A stretch of 64,000 nt of DNA from Kiritimatiellia bacterium (GTDB lineage Bacteria; Verrucomicrobiota; Kiritimatiellia; RFP12; UBA1067), in NCBI GenBank assembly GCA_024405265.1, contig JAKSOZ010000004.1:5289-69288 (forward strand), given 5' to 3'. A program made the position numbers and the translations under genes. Positions 46,479-55,705 of this stretch are shown here, piece after piece. Position 1 is the first letter of the stretch, and every line of letters begins with the position of its first letter. Under the pieces are notes generated by a model. It was not told the DNA's origin. It did not search any database and saw only the letters and a program-made list of their open reading frames with translations.

Positions 46479-48982
46479 TTCTTCAACGTCTTAAGCGTAA
46501 GTCCCGTCAAGTCCTTGCCCTTCTCAGGGAGGATCATCGAAGCGATGAGCGCGACGACGACGCAGACGACGAGGCCGATACCGCCCAAGAGGAACGGGTG
46601 GAACTTAAGCCCGAAGACGTCGCAGTGGAGAATCTCGCAGCTGAAGCAAACGAAGTAGTTCGCGACGAGACCCAAGACCGCCGCGAGGCCCTTGATGCGC
46701 GGGAGGAAGACGCCCATGAAGAAGAGTCCCGTTAAGCCCGCCGTGAGCATCGCGATATACTTGTTGAAGTTATCGAACAACGCCGACGACTCCATGCGCG
46801 AGAGCGCGAGCGCGGCGCAAATACCGAGAACACCGACGACATAAGTGCAAACCTGACCCGAGCGAATCTGCGCCTTACCCGAGATGGTCGGATTGAAGCG
46901 CTTGATGAAATCGGTGACGACCGCCGTCGAAGCGGACGAGAGGTTCGCCGACAAGGTCGAGATCGTCGCCGCGAAGACCGCCGCGATAACGAGACCCGCG
47001 AGCCACGGCGGCATTTCCGTCGCCATGAAGATCGGGAGGATCGAGTCGCCCTTAGGCATCGTCACGTCCATCGCCGACGGATTCGTGTGATAGAACGCGA
47101 AGAGCGCCATACCGATTCCGTAGAAGACGATCTGCGCGAAGACCGACATGCACCCGTTGAACCAGAGGGAGCGCTTCGTCGCGTTTTCGTCAGGCGTCGC
47201 GATATAGCGCTGGATGACGCACTGGTCGGAAGTGTAGCTCGAGAGGTTCGAGATAAGGCCCTGAACCGCGACGACCCAGAATACCGGCTGCGAGAAGAGG
47301 AGACGGAAGTCCCACATCGTGTTCTTGTCGTAGGAGGAGGCGATATTCCAGAACGTGGCGAGGTGTTCGCCGCTCGCGCCCGTCTTCGAAATGAGGAGGA
47401 CGAGTACCGAGACCGCGCCGCCCATAAGGACGATACCCTGAACGAAGTCGGACCAGATAACGGCCTCGAGACCGCCCAACGAGCAGTAGATCATCGTGAG
47501 AACGCCGCAAATGAGAATACACGCGTCGATCGAAACGCCGGTCACCGCGTTAAGCGCGATCGCCGGGAGCAAGGTCACGACCGCGACGCGGCAGACCATG
47601 AACACGATGAACGCCGCGGAGCCGAAGAGACGAACGCCGAGGTTGAAGCGCTTCTCGAGATATTCGTACGCCGAGGTGATACCGAGGCGGCAGAAGAACG
47701 GGAGGTAGTAGTAGATCGCGACCGGCGCCATGCCGATGATGAAGAACGCCATCACGAAGTATCTCCAGTCCTGGAGGTACGCCTGAGTCGGGATCGCGAT
47801 AAAGGTGATCGACGAGAGCATCGTCGCGAAGATCGACATACCCGCGACATACCACGGAATCTTACCGCCGCCGCGGAAGTAATCGTTTTCGTCTTTCTTC
47901 TTGAAGATGAAGAAGCAGGCCATCGCGACCATCAAGCATGCGTAAATCGCGACGACGGCCCAGGCGCTGACGCCGAACTTCTTGGTCTTGAGGAAGTGAG
48001 CGGAAGTGACGCGGTCGGTGCGAACGCGCGGCGCTTCTTCGCCGCCGACGATCATGAGCTGATATTGCTCGGGAGTCTTGCCGCGCTTGAGGCTGGCGGC
48101 CGCGCCGCAACGAGGCTTATCGTCCTTCGCGAGAGTGCCGTATTCGCACCACGCGTCCGTGACGCAGTTGTAGGCCATGACTTCGCGCTGCCAGTGAGCG
48201 CCACCGCCGCGAACCCAGTCCGAGTAGCCGTAACCGCCGACGAGAAGGATGTGCTGGTGGCCGGAAGGGAGAAACGCCGCGCCGATCGTGGTGTGAGCGG
48301 TGAGCGGGGAGAGCGTCTTCCATTCGCCGGGCGCGGTAAGCGAGTAGCGATAGCCGTCGAGGAGGACAGGAGCGCCGGGAGCGCCCTTCTCATAACCGCC
48401 GAAGACGACGAGATACTTTTCCTTCTGATCGCCGTTCTGAATCGCCGCGACCATCTGCGAACGCGTCGCGGGGCCGGGGAGATCGGGAAGCGCCGTCCAC
48501 TCGTTCGCTCCTTCGGCGAGCTTCCAGACGTGATTACCGCCGATCACGTAGATCGTGTTGCCGTCTGCGGCCGCCGCGCCCATCGAAATCGGCTCGGGGA
48601 GATCGGGAAGCGCCTCGGTCGCGACGATGTCGCTCGCTTCCATGTTCGAAGGAATCTGCGGGTTGAAGAGATACGCGTCCTTGAACGTCGTTTCTCCGTC
48701 GGTACCGCCCGCCGCGAAAATACCCTTCGGCGTTTCGCAGGTTACGCCTTCAGCGACGTTATGCTTCGTGGAGCCTACGCGCGACCACTTACCCTCAAGG
48801 TCGCGAACGAAGACGTCGTTCTTATAAACCTTCTGATCGTTCTCGAAGTTCGAACCGCCCGCGATCAAGAATTGTCCGTCGGGGAGTAAGCCTCCGAAGG
48901 GACGCGCGACTTTGGTCGGAGCCGTTTCCGGATCGTGCCACTGGATCGCGATCGCCAGCGCTAATAACAATATCGATTTCAT
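46475..48982 (-). CDS. fusion: NanM-like Kelch beta-propeller (sialate mutarotase) + sodium:solute symporter
   Basis: Residues 1-~330 carry a signal sequence and Kelch blades with repeated (T)ALPDLP(G/E)P and the NanM-like GGEEAPRVRTDRV. Compare E. coli NanM GEAKPGLRTDAV (recalled). The remaining ~500 aa form a polytopic SSS-type permease. Confidence 0.8.
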   Translation of the reverse strand: MKSILLLALAIAIQWHDPETAPTKVARPFGGLLPDGQFLIAGGSNFENDQKVYKNDVFVRDLEGKWSRVGSTKHNVAEGVTCETPKGIFAAGGTDGETTFKDAYLFNPQIPSNMEASDIVATEALPDLPEPISMGAAAADGNTIYVIGGNHVWKLAEGANEWTALPDLPGPATRSQMVAAIQNGDQKEKYLVVFGGYEKGAPGAPVLLDGYRYSLTAPGEWKTLSPLTAHTTIGAAFLPSGHQHILLVGGYGYSDWVRGGGAHWQREVMAYNCVTDAWCEYGTLAKDDKPRCGAAASLKRGKTPEQYQLMIVGGEEAPRVRTDRVTSAHFLKTKKFGVSAWAVVAIYACLMVAMACFFIFKKKDENDYFRGGGKIPWYVAGMSIFATMLSSITFIAIPTQAYLQDWRYFVMAFFIIGMAPVAIYYYLPFFCRLGITSAYEYLEKRFNLGVRLFGSAAFIVFMVCRVAVVTLLPAIALNAVTGVSIDACILICGVLTMIYCSLGGLEAVIWSDFVQGIVLMGGAVSVLVLLISKTGASGEHLATFWNIASSYDKNTMWDFRLLFSQPVFWVVAVQGLISNLSSYTSDQCVIQRYIATPDENATKRSLWFNGCMSVFAQIVFYGIGMALFAFYHTNPSAMDVTMPKGDSILPIFMATEMPPWLAGLVIAAVFAATISTLSANLSSASTAVVTDFIKRFNPTISGKAQIRSGQVCTYVVGVLGICAALALSRMESSALFDNFNKYIAMLTAGLTGLFFMGVFLPRIKGLAAVLGLVANYFVCFSCEILHCDVFGLKFHPFLLGGIGLVVCVVVALIASMILPEKGKDLTGLTLKTLKK

Positions 48983-50130
48983 TTCTTCATTCCTTTCTTT
49001 ATTTCAGCCATGATGTCAGCGGCGGGAACGACCGCGAAGTCGATTACCTGATAGCCGGCGCCTTCCCAAAGAACACCGATCGACTTGTCTTTAAGAATCG
49101 TGATATCGGAGTAAGCCGAGCCGCCTTCGCAGATCGTGATACCCTCGGTCCAAGTCTTGCCGTCATCGGTCGACACGCGCAAGGTCACGTTATTGCGGCC
49201 CGAGGACTTGCAGCCCGTATAAAGGAGGATCTTCTTTTCGTTATTGCCGAAGCGCATGATCTGCGCGTTGCAGCCGGGATCCATAAGATTGTTGTCGAAA
49301 TGACTTTCCCAAGTCTCTCCCTTATCCTTCGAGATATGAATCAAACGTCTGCAGCCTCCGCAGCGCGAATTGATCATCCAACTTCCGTCGGCGAGTTCGA
49401 CGATCTTGCACTCGTCGCCGCCGTTCGTCGGCTTACCGAAGCTCTTCCACGTCTTGCCGTGGTCGAGCGAGCCGAAGATCGCGTTGCCGCGCTTCCCGTT
49501 AGCGTGTACGAGAGTATGGAGGAGCGCGCCCGACTTCGTCTGAATACCGGAACCCGAGGAGATGAAGATGAAGCCTGAGTCGCCGCGCTTAGCGAAGAAC
49601 GGCCAGTCCTCAAACGCGATCTCTTTCGTGATATCGCGAGGCTTTGACCAAGTCTTTCCGTTGTCGGCCGATTCCTGAACGTAAAAGAGGTAAACGCCGT
49701 TACCTCCCTCGGTCGTGGTCCAGTCCCAAACGTTATAAAAAAGGAAAATCTTCTTCGCCTTCTTGTCGACGATAAAGCTCGGATCGGAGCCCGACCACTT
49801 GCTGCCGGCTTCCCAAGGCCAGTCCCAAGAGTTGACCGGCTCGGTCCACGTCTTACCGTTATCGCTTGAGCGACGAATCGTGATGTTGATCGGCTGGTGA
49901 ACGTTGAGGTCGCCGCCGTTATTGGTACGCGCGTCACACGCGGCAACGAGATCTCCGTTCGGCGCCGTGCACAAGGCGGGGATTCGATACGAGCGGATTC
50001 CGTTATCGCCGGCGCGCCAGAGCGTCTGCGGTTCGCTCATCGCGGCGAAAGCGTTAAGCGCCAAGAGCGCCGCGCCGAGAATTATCGTTTTCTTCATGGT
50101 ATATTCAAGTCCTTTCTTTTTTAAATTCAT
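48979..50130 (-). CDS. exo-alpha-sialidase (GH33)
   Basis: RIP motif (SYRIPAL) and five Asp-boxes (SSDNGKTW, SADNGKTW, SLDHGKTW, SKDKGETW, STDDGKTW). ATGA overlap with the upstream gene. An alternative start at M12 (50097) sits right before the signal peptide. Confidence 0.9.
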   Translation of the reverse strand: MNLKKKGLEYTMKKTIILGAALLALNAFAAMSEPQTLWRAGDNGIRSYRIPALCTAPNGDLVAACDARTNNGGDLNVHQPINITIRRSSDNGKTWTEPVNSWDWPWEAGSKWSGSDPSFIVDKKAKKIFLFYNVWDWTTTEGGNGVYLFYVQESADNGKTWSKPRDITKEIAFEDWPFFAKRGDSGFIFISSGSGIQTKSGALLHTLVHANGKRGNAIFGSLDHGKTWKSFGKPTNGGDECKIVELADGSWMINSRCGGCRRLIHISKDKGETWESHFDNNLMDPGCNAQIMRFGNNEKKILLYTGCKSSGRNNVTLRVSTDDGKTWTEGITICEGGSAYSDITILKDKSIGVLWEGAGYQVIDFAVVPAADIMAEIKKGMKK

Positions 50131-52208
50131 TTGAGTTCGACTGAAACGCGGAAGAAGTGATCGTTCGCTTTCGCCTTATGCCACGCGCCGTCCTCGAGCT
50201 TCTCCTTACCCTCGACGGTATACTCGCGACTCGCGCCCAAATCCGGCTCCCATGTGACGAGCGGCTCTCCGTCTTCGCCGAGCGCGATCTTCGCTTTGAG
50301 CTCCCTCGCGTCGTCTTTCTTGCCCGTGACGAGATAGCGTCTCCAAGCCTCTTCTCCTTCCTCGTACGCCGCGAGTTCTTCCTCGCTGAGCGGCAAAAAG
50401 CGAATATCGTCGAGATAAATGAGCGCATCGCCATTAAGCCACTTGCTCGTACCGGCGAGCGTCGTTCTCATGACGATGGTAATAGTCGTGGATTTATTAT
50501 CTTCGCCGAGAACCGCGCTGTACGTTCGCCAATTTTCGTCGGTCGTAAGCTCGTTCCCATTGCATGACGCCGAAAGCGAACCACGATCACGCTCGTCGAA
50601 GCTCATGCGATAGGCGAAACTGAAGATTCCCTTACCCTTGAACGAGCAAGTGAGCGAGACGGTGTTTTTATTGACTCTATTGATTCTCGCCGACGCGGAG
50701 GTAGCACCTTTCTCGGCGCTTTCGTACGTAGCGGTAAAGTCGCTGCCGCTGACGACGACGTTATCGGCGTCGACGGCTTCGTTGAGCTCATCCTTCGCCT
50801 TCTTTTTCCAAATCGCGTAGAACGTAACGACTTCGCCTTCTTCGCTCGCGAGATTCATCAGCGGCTCGGGAAGCGGTTCGGCGACTTGCTTATCGAGGCT
50901 CCAAGCTACGAAAGTATAATCGGCGTGATAGAAAGCGTTCATCGGGAGAGTAACGGCGCTATCGTATACCGCGGCGATATCGTCCATCGCTCCGATCGCT
51001 CGCGCTAAATTCGCATCGAAGCGAACGACATAATGAATTTTCGCCTTATATACCGCCGTAAGCGCGTGGTTCTTCGCGACCTTGACGAGATCGGTTTCGG
51101 CGATGAACTTACCCTCGTATTGCCAGCCGACGAAATCATGCTCTGCCGGCGGCGTGGGCGAAGGAAGCGCGCCGTACTCGGAATCGAAAGTTACGATCTT
51201 CTCACTTGAGTCAATCGTCCCTTCGCCGGCGTTAAGCGTCACTTTATAGCTTTTCGCCGACCAGTGCGCATATAGCGTTTGGTCTTCGCAAATCTCAAAC
51301 TCCTTGCCGTTTACGATCTGTTCATCTTCGTCATCTTCCGATGCTTGATCCATCCACCAACCCTTGAATTCGTACCCGGCGCGCGAAGGCGTAGCCGCCG
51401 GCATCGGATAAGCGTCGGTATATCTTACCTCGTACGGACCGTAGGCGTCGGGGCTACCTGAGAAGTTACGGTCGTAAGTGACATAGTACTTCTTCTTCTC
51501 CATGACCGCCTTAAGCTCATGACATTCGGCATTGTCGACGAGCGCGTCCGCCTTGAGAAGCGACTCCCCCTGCTTCCAACCGGTTAATTCGTACCCGAGC
51601 CTGACCGGAGCCGGGAACGAATCGAAGGGATAAGGCTCGTCGAATTTCACTTTCGTCTCTACGCTCTTTACTCCGGCCTCGAACTCGCCCGTTTCGGTTG
51701 TTAAGGTGATGGTGACGAAGTTGTTGGTGAAGACAGGAGTGAGCGTAAAATATTGGATAGAGCAATACCCATCGAACGTCGGCGGCCTGGGGTTCATGTA
51801 GTAATATTCTATAAAAGTGAGGTCTCCCTTATCCTCATTTTCTACGAGGTCGTAATTCCCGGGATTATCTTCCGTACTATCGAGATTGGAGTATCTCCCT
51901 CCGATCACCCACTTCTCGAATGAGTATCCGGCCTTGGCCTCAGCATGAAATGAGAAGCCGCAAAGAAAGTCTTCGATTGCTCCGTTTATGCCGGTAACGT
52001 CAGATCTTACAACCGTACCGCCCTTATGGTTTACGATATTGAAAATCTTGGCATCTGCCGACCAAATCGCGTAACGCTTGGAGACTTCGTCGTACCAGTT
52101 CTTCGCGCTATGAGCGTCGTGCTCGAAACCGAAAGCGCTTATGCTTACGGCAAATGCGCCGCACCATAGAATGATGCGGCGCACGAGGCTGGACGCGTTA
52201 AAACGCAT
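50127..52208 (-). CDS. secreted InlB B-repeat (Listeria-Bacteroides repeat) protein
   Basis: Signal peptide and at least five repeats with the G-Y/H-x-F-x-G-W signature (GYSFEKWV, GYELTGWK, GYEFKGWW, HDFVGWQ, YTFVAWS). A C-terminal beta-rich region ends in HFFRVSVELK. Confidence 0.7.
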   Translation of the reverse strand: MRFNASSLVRRIILWCGAFAVSISAFGFEHDAHSAKNWYDEVSKRYAIWSADAKIFNIVNHKGGTVVRSDVTGINGAIEDFLCGFSFHAEAKAGYSFEKWVIGGRYSNLDSTEDNPGNYDLVENEDKGDLTFIEYYYMNPRPPTFDGYCSIQYFTLTPVFTNNFVTITLTTETGEFEAGVKSVETKVKFDEPYPFDSFPAPVRLGYELTGWKQGESLLKADALVDNAECHELKAVMEKKKYYVTYDRNFSGSPDAYGPYEVRYTDAYPMPAATPSRAGYEFKGWWMDQASEDDEDEQIVNGKEFEICEDQTLYAHWSAKSYKVTLNAGEGTIDSSEKIVTFDSEYGALPSPTPPAEHDFVGWQYEGKFIAETDLVKVAKNHALTAVYKAKIHYVVRFDANLARAIGAMDDIAAVYDSAVTLPMNAFYHADYTFVAWSLDKQVAEPLPEPLMNLASEEGEVVTFYAIWKKKAKDELNEAVDADNVVVSGSDFTATYESAEKGATSASARINRVNKNTVSLTCSFKGKGIFSFAYRMSFDERDRGSLSASCNGNELTTDENWRTYSAVLGEDNKSTTITIVMRTTLAGTSKWLNGDALIYLDDIRFLPLSEEELAAYEEGEEAWRRYLVTGKKDDARELKAKIALGEDGEPLVTWEPDLGASREYTVEGKEKLEDGAWHKAKANDHFFRVSVELK

Positions 52209-52224
52209 TTATCCTATTTCTTCA

Positions 52225-55200
52225 TTACTCAGCGGAAGGCGCCGCGGTAATCTCTTCTTCCGAGCCTTCAATCGAGTCGTTCGTGCGAACTTCACGACCG
52301 CTCGGGGTGATGAGACGACCGGTGACGAAGATGAGGAGGTTGCGCTTGACCGTCTGTTCCGCGTGGCTGCGGAAGAGGCGTCCGATGAAGGGAAGGTCGC
52401 CGAGGAACGGAACCTTATCGTCCATCGCCTTACGCTGCTCGGTGATGAGACCGCCAAGAACGACCGTCGAGCCGGGAGAGATCGAGACCGAAGTTTCGAT
52501 CTTACGAACGTGGAAGAACGGCTGTTCCATCGGAGCGTCGTAGTAGGTGATGTTCTTATCGCCCGTCTGGGTAAGCCCATCGAGCGCGGCCTGAGCGCTA
52601 TCCATCGCGCTGGAAGCGAGGGTAGCCTTAACCGTGTTCGGAATGGCCGTACCGAGCGTATCGAAGATCGAGGAGAGGCCAGTGAAGATTTCGCCGAGAC
52701 CGGTGAAGCTTTCGAGCGAGTTCGCGTTGCCCGAGAACGGAATCTTCATACCGTAGTTCTTCCAGGTCGGTTCGTCGACGACTTCAGGGCTGAGCTCGAG
52801 GTCGATGAGGCCGCCGTTACCGTCGGAGTAGGTCGGAGTAACGCGGAGGATGACGCCGACTTCGCGGGTAAGGAAGTTCTCAGGCTCGACGATCGCGAGG
52901 ACCGCGCTCTGCGAGCTGGAGTTGCTGCTGCCGGAAGAGGAGCTGGACTGGAGCTGAACGTTATAGTCGGACGGATAGATGAATTCGGTGACGACCTTGA
53001 TGACGGCCTCAGTACCGGACTTGGTGACGACCTTCGGAGCCGAGAGGAGGTCCGTGTCGCTACGCTGCGAGAGCATGTGGAGGATCATCGAGAGATCGGC
53101 GTTACCGAGAAACGCGTTGACCTTCATGAACTGGTCGTTAGTCGAACGGCCTTCGCCCGAGATGTGGTTACCCGAGGTCGAGAGGTAGCGGCTGCCGTTA
53201 CCGTAGTCGGAAGTGCCACCCATCGCGTCGATACCGATGTTACGAGTATTGCCGCCCTTCTGGAGCTTCGTGGTGGTGGTCGTCGTCGAAGCGCCGGCGC
53301 CCTGATAGTAGTTCTGACCGGCGTTGCTGTTAAGACCGCCCGCGGAAGACTGAGTCGTCGTCTCGTACTGCGCGTGCTTGACGCCGAGCGCCTTGCCGAG
53401 CTTATTGCCGACGTCGAGCGAGTAGTTGGAGTTGAGGATCCACTCGAAACCGAGCGAGTTCAAATCTTCCTGACTGACTTCGACGAAGCGAGTTTCGATT
53501 TCGATGAGCTTGGCGACGCCGCCGAGTTCGGAGAGCGCCTGCTCCATAAGCGCGAGGTTTTCACGAGTGTTGCGGACGCGGAGTTTGCCGATCGACTTGA
53601 TGTGGTAAATCGACGAACCTTCAGGCCAATCGACGCCGAGCTGCGTGAACACGCGCTTCCAAACGTCTTCGTCGCTTTCTTCGTCGTCACCGCTCGAGGA
53701 CGAGGAGGAGCGGCTCGAGAAGCTGCTGGCGCCCTTCATGCTGGTGATATCTTCGTTAGCGGTCGAGACGCGCTCCTGGAGAGTATCCGGGACGTTGTAG
53801 TTACGCGTGACCATTTCGTCGATCGACATCGACTTCTCCATGACCATGATGATCGAACCACGGACGCGGAACTTATAGCCGACCTGATCGCAGACGAGCT
53901 TGAGAGCTTCATAGAAGGAGATGTCGCTCGCGGTGATAGTCGGGATGACGGGGACGCCGGGCTGGCCGGAGGGGCCTTCTTCGTCGTCGCTACCCGCGAA
54001 GCTGTCGGACTCTTCTTCTTCGACCGCCGCGACCGCGCGAAGCGCTTCGGGCGTTCTCAAGACGAAGTTGAAGCCGCGCTTTTCGATTGGAATCTCAGGA
54101 CTATCGTAGTCCTTCGAAGCCTGGCGGAAGAAGTCGACGGCGTCGATGATCGTAGCCGGCGGCTTGAACGAGATCGTGGGAAGGCGCATATTCTTCATGC
54201 GCTTTTCGATATCCTGCTCCATCGTGTGTTCAGGATCTTCGCCTACGACGGCCTTCGAGGTTTCGGCGGGAGCGAAATCGAGCTGCGAAGCGTTGGTCGC
54301 GTACATCGGACGCCAAACCTTCTCGACGTCGGCGATCATGCCGTCACGAGCGGCGTCGCGTTCCTGAGTGACGATCGCGGCTTTCTTCTTGATGATCGTA
54401 CGACGGAGGCGGAGCGCTTCCTGGTTGTAAGGATCGTTGACGATAACGAGCTCGCACTCTTCGAGAGCGTTGTCGATATCACGAACGGCGAGATACTGAC
54501 GAGCGCGCTTCAAATGCTTACGGATATTGGTACGCTCGTTCTTATAGTCCTCTTCGTTGCGGCGGTGGGTGATTTCCGAAACGTCAGGCTTCTTGAGCGA
54601 CTCGGCGTCGGTATGGAGCCACTTTTCGAGCGTCTTAGCGGCCTTCGGGTGACGAACCTTAACGGCTTCCTGCATCGTCTGCATGGCCTGCTCATAGCGA
54701 CCGATATCATAAGCTTCGAGAGCCGAGCGATAGAGGCCTTCGGCGATGCCGTGTTCGCAGATCTTCTTGAGGTCACGGTTGGTGGGACGATCACCGAGCC
54801 ACTTGAAAGCGAGCGAGTAATAACGAACGGCTTCGTTGTAATCCTTCTCCTTCATCGCGCGCTGCGCTTCCTTCATCATGCGCTTGGCCTGGAGTTCGAT
54901 CGATTCGATACGAACCTTTTCGGTCGCGCGGATGTTGGCGAGGAGTTCCGCGTCGGGACCCTTAACGACGGGCGCTTCAGCGGGCTTTTCATCGACTTCA
55001 GCGGCGAGCTGATCGAGAAGATTGATGACGCTATCGACTTCCGCGTCGGTCACTTCTTCCGCCGGCGTGGGAATCTCGGCGGCAGGCTCCTCGACCTTAG
55101 CGGGAGCAGGCTCTTCGGTAGCGGGAGCAACCTCTTCGGCAGCGGGTTCTTCAGTGGGCTCTTCGGTAGCTTCAGCCGGTTCCTCAGCGGCCTCTTCGGC

Positions 55201-55686
55201 TTCCGCGGCAGGCTCTTCGGCTTCCGCAGGCTCCTCGGCTTCCGCGGCAGGCTCCTCGGCCTCTTCACCTTCTTCAGCTTCGGCTTCGGCTTCAGGCTCA
55301 GCGGCTTCAGCAGGCTCCTCGTCAGCAGGCTCTTCTGCGGCTTCCTCAGCCTCTTCACCCTCATCTTCTTCGGCTTCGGCAGCAGGCTCTTCGGCTTCGG
55401 CAGTCGGCTCTTCGGCTTCAGCGGCAGGCTCTTCAGCCTCTTCGCCTTCAGCTTCTTCCTCTACGGCTTCGCCTTCAGCTTCTTCCTCTACGGCTTCATC
55501 AGCCGGAGTAGTTTCTTCCGCTTCGGAGACTTCCTCCGTAGCTTCACCTTCGAGATCCTTTAAAAGGTCATCGAGGTCGTCCTGGGCAAAAGCCCCGCTG
55601 GACATGGTCGTGAATACCACGGCCGCGCCGATAGCGACAAGTGATTTGATGTTCGTCATAAGTTTCCCACTTCCTTTTGTGAACAT
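52225..55686 (-). CDS. secretin (GspD/PilQ superfamily; Amuc_1098-like position) with an acidic repeat and a TPR-like N-region
   Basis: C-terminal secretin domain (VVLGGLITEQRKAMDDKVPFLGDLPFIGRLFRSHAEQTVKRNLLIFVTGRLI) and a signal peptide ending AFA-QDD. An E/A/P-rich region spans ~170 aa. A TPR-like segment reads KDYNEAVRYYSLAFKW...GRYEQAMQTMQEAV. Confidence 0.9.
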   Translation of the reverse strand: MFTKGSGKLMTNIKSLVAIGAAVVFTTMSSGAFAQDDLDDLLKDLEGEATEEVSEAEETTPADEAVEEEAEGEAVEEEAEGEEAEEPAAEAEEPTAEAEEPAAEAEEDEGEEAEEAAEEPADEEPAEAAEPEAEAEAEEGEEAEEPAAEAEEPAEAEEPAAEAEEAAEEPAEATEEPTEEPAAEEVAPATEEPAPAKVEEPAAEIPTPAEEVTDAEVDSVINLLDQLAAEVDEKPAEAPVVKGPDAELLANIRATEKVRIESIELQAKRMMKEAQRAMKEKDYNEAVRYYSLAFKWLGDRPTNRDLKKICEHGIAEGLYRSALEAYDIGRYEQAMQTMQEAVKVRHPKAAKTLEKWLHTDAESLKKPDVSEITHRRNEEDYKNERTNIRKHLKRARQYLAVRDIDNALEECELVIVNDPYNQEALRLRRTIIKKKAAIVTQERDAARDGMIADVEKVWRPMYATNASQLDFAPAETSKAVVGEDPEHTMEQDIEKRMKNMRLPTISFKPPATIIDAVDFFRQASKDYDSPEIPIEKRGFNFVLRTPEALRAVAAVEEEESDSFAGSDDEEGPSGQPGVPVIPTITASDISFYEALKLVCDQVGYKFRVRGSIIMVMEKSMSIDEMVTRNYNVPDTLQERVSTANEDITSMKGASSFSSRSSSSSSGDDEESDEDVWKRVFTQLGVDWPEGSSIYHIKSIGKLRVRNTRENLALMEQALSELGGVAKLIEIETRFVEVSQEDLNSLGFEWILNSNYSLDVGNKLGKALGVKHAQYETTTQSSAGGLNSNAGQNYYQGAGASTTTTTTKLQKGGNTRNIGIDAMGGTSDYGNGSRYLSTSGNHISGEGRSTNDQFMKVNAFLGNADLSMILHMLSQRSDTDLLSAPKVVTKSGTEAVIKVVTEFIYPSDYNVQLQSSSSSGSSNSSSQSAVLAIVEPENFLTREVGVILRVTPTYSDGNGGLIDLELSPEVVDEPTWKNYGMKIPFSGNANSLESFTGLGEIFTGLSSIFDTLGTAIPNTVKATLASSAMDSAQAALDGLTQTGDKNITYYDAPMEQPFFHVRKIETSVSISPGSTVVLGGLITEQRKAMDDKVPFLGDLPFIGRLFRSHAEQTVKRNLLIFVTGRLITPSGREVRTNDSIEGSEEEITAAPSAE
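55044..55560 (-). repeat. coding low-complexity region: E/A/P-rich tandem repeats in the secretin N-terminus
   Basis: Encodes ...EAVEEEAEGEAVEEEAEGEEAEEPAAEAEEPTAEAEEPAAEAEE... and similar units. The DNA shows reiterated 18-nt and 27-nt units. Confidence 0.85.
55443..55496. repeat. perfect 27-bp x 2 tandem duplication
   Basis: cgccttcagcttcttcctctacggctt at 55443-55469 is repeated exactly at 55470-55496 (encodes EAVEEEAEG twice). Confidence 0.95.
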
Positions 55687-55705
55687 TATACTCTATTTCT
55701 TTTTT

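Noticed and set aside
48475-48614. A 20-nt perfect direct repeat cggggagatcgggaagcgcc (48475-48494 and 48595-48614).
   Set aside because: The copies are in-frame and 120 nt apart inside the Kelch propeller, and each encodes the blade motif ALPDLP. This is an internal domain duplication, not an insertion scar or regulatory repeat.
52141-55563. A 1140-aa plus-strand ORF, together with 55022-55795 (+, 257 aa), opposite the secretin gene.
   Set aside because: These are antisense shadow ORFs. Their products are low-complexity (R/G/F/L/S runs mirroring the E/A/P repeats) with no recognisable motif. The minus-strand frame encodes a clear secretin with a signal peptide and conserved C-terminal domain.
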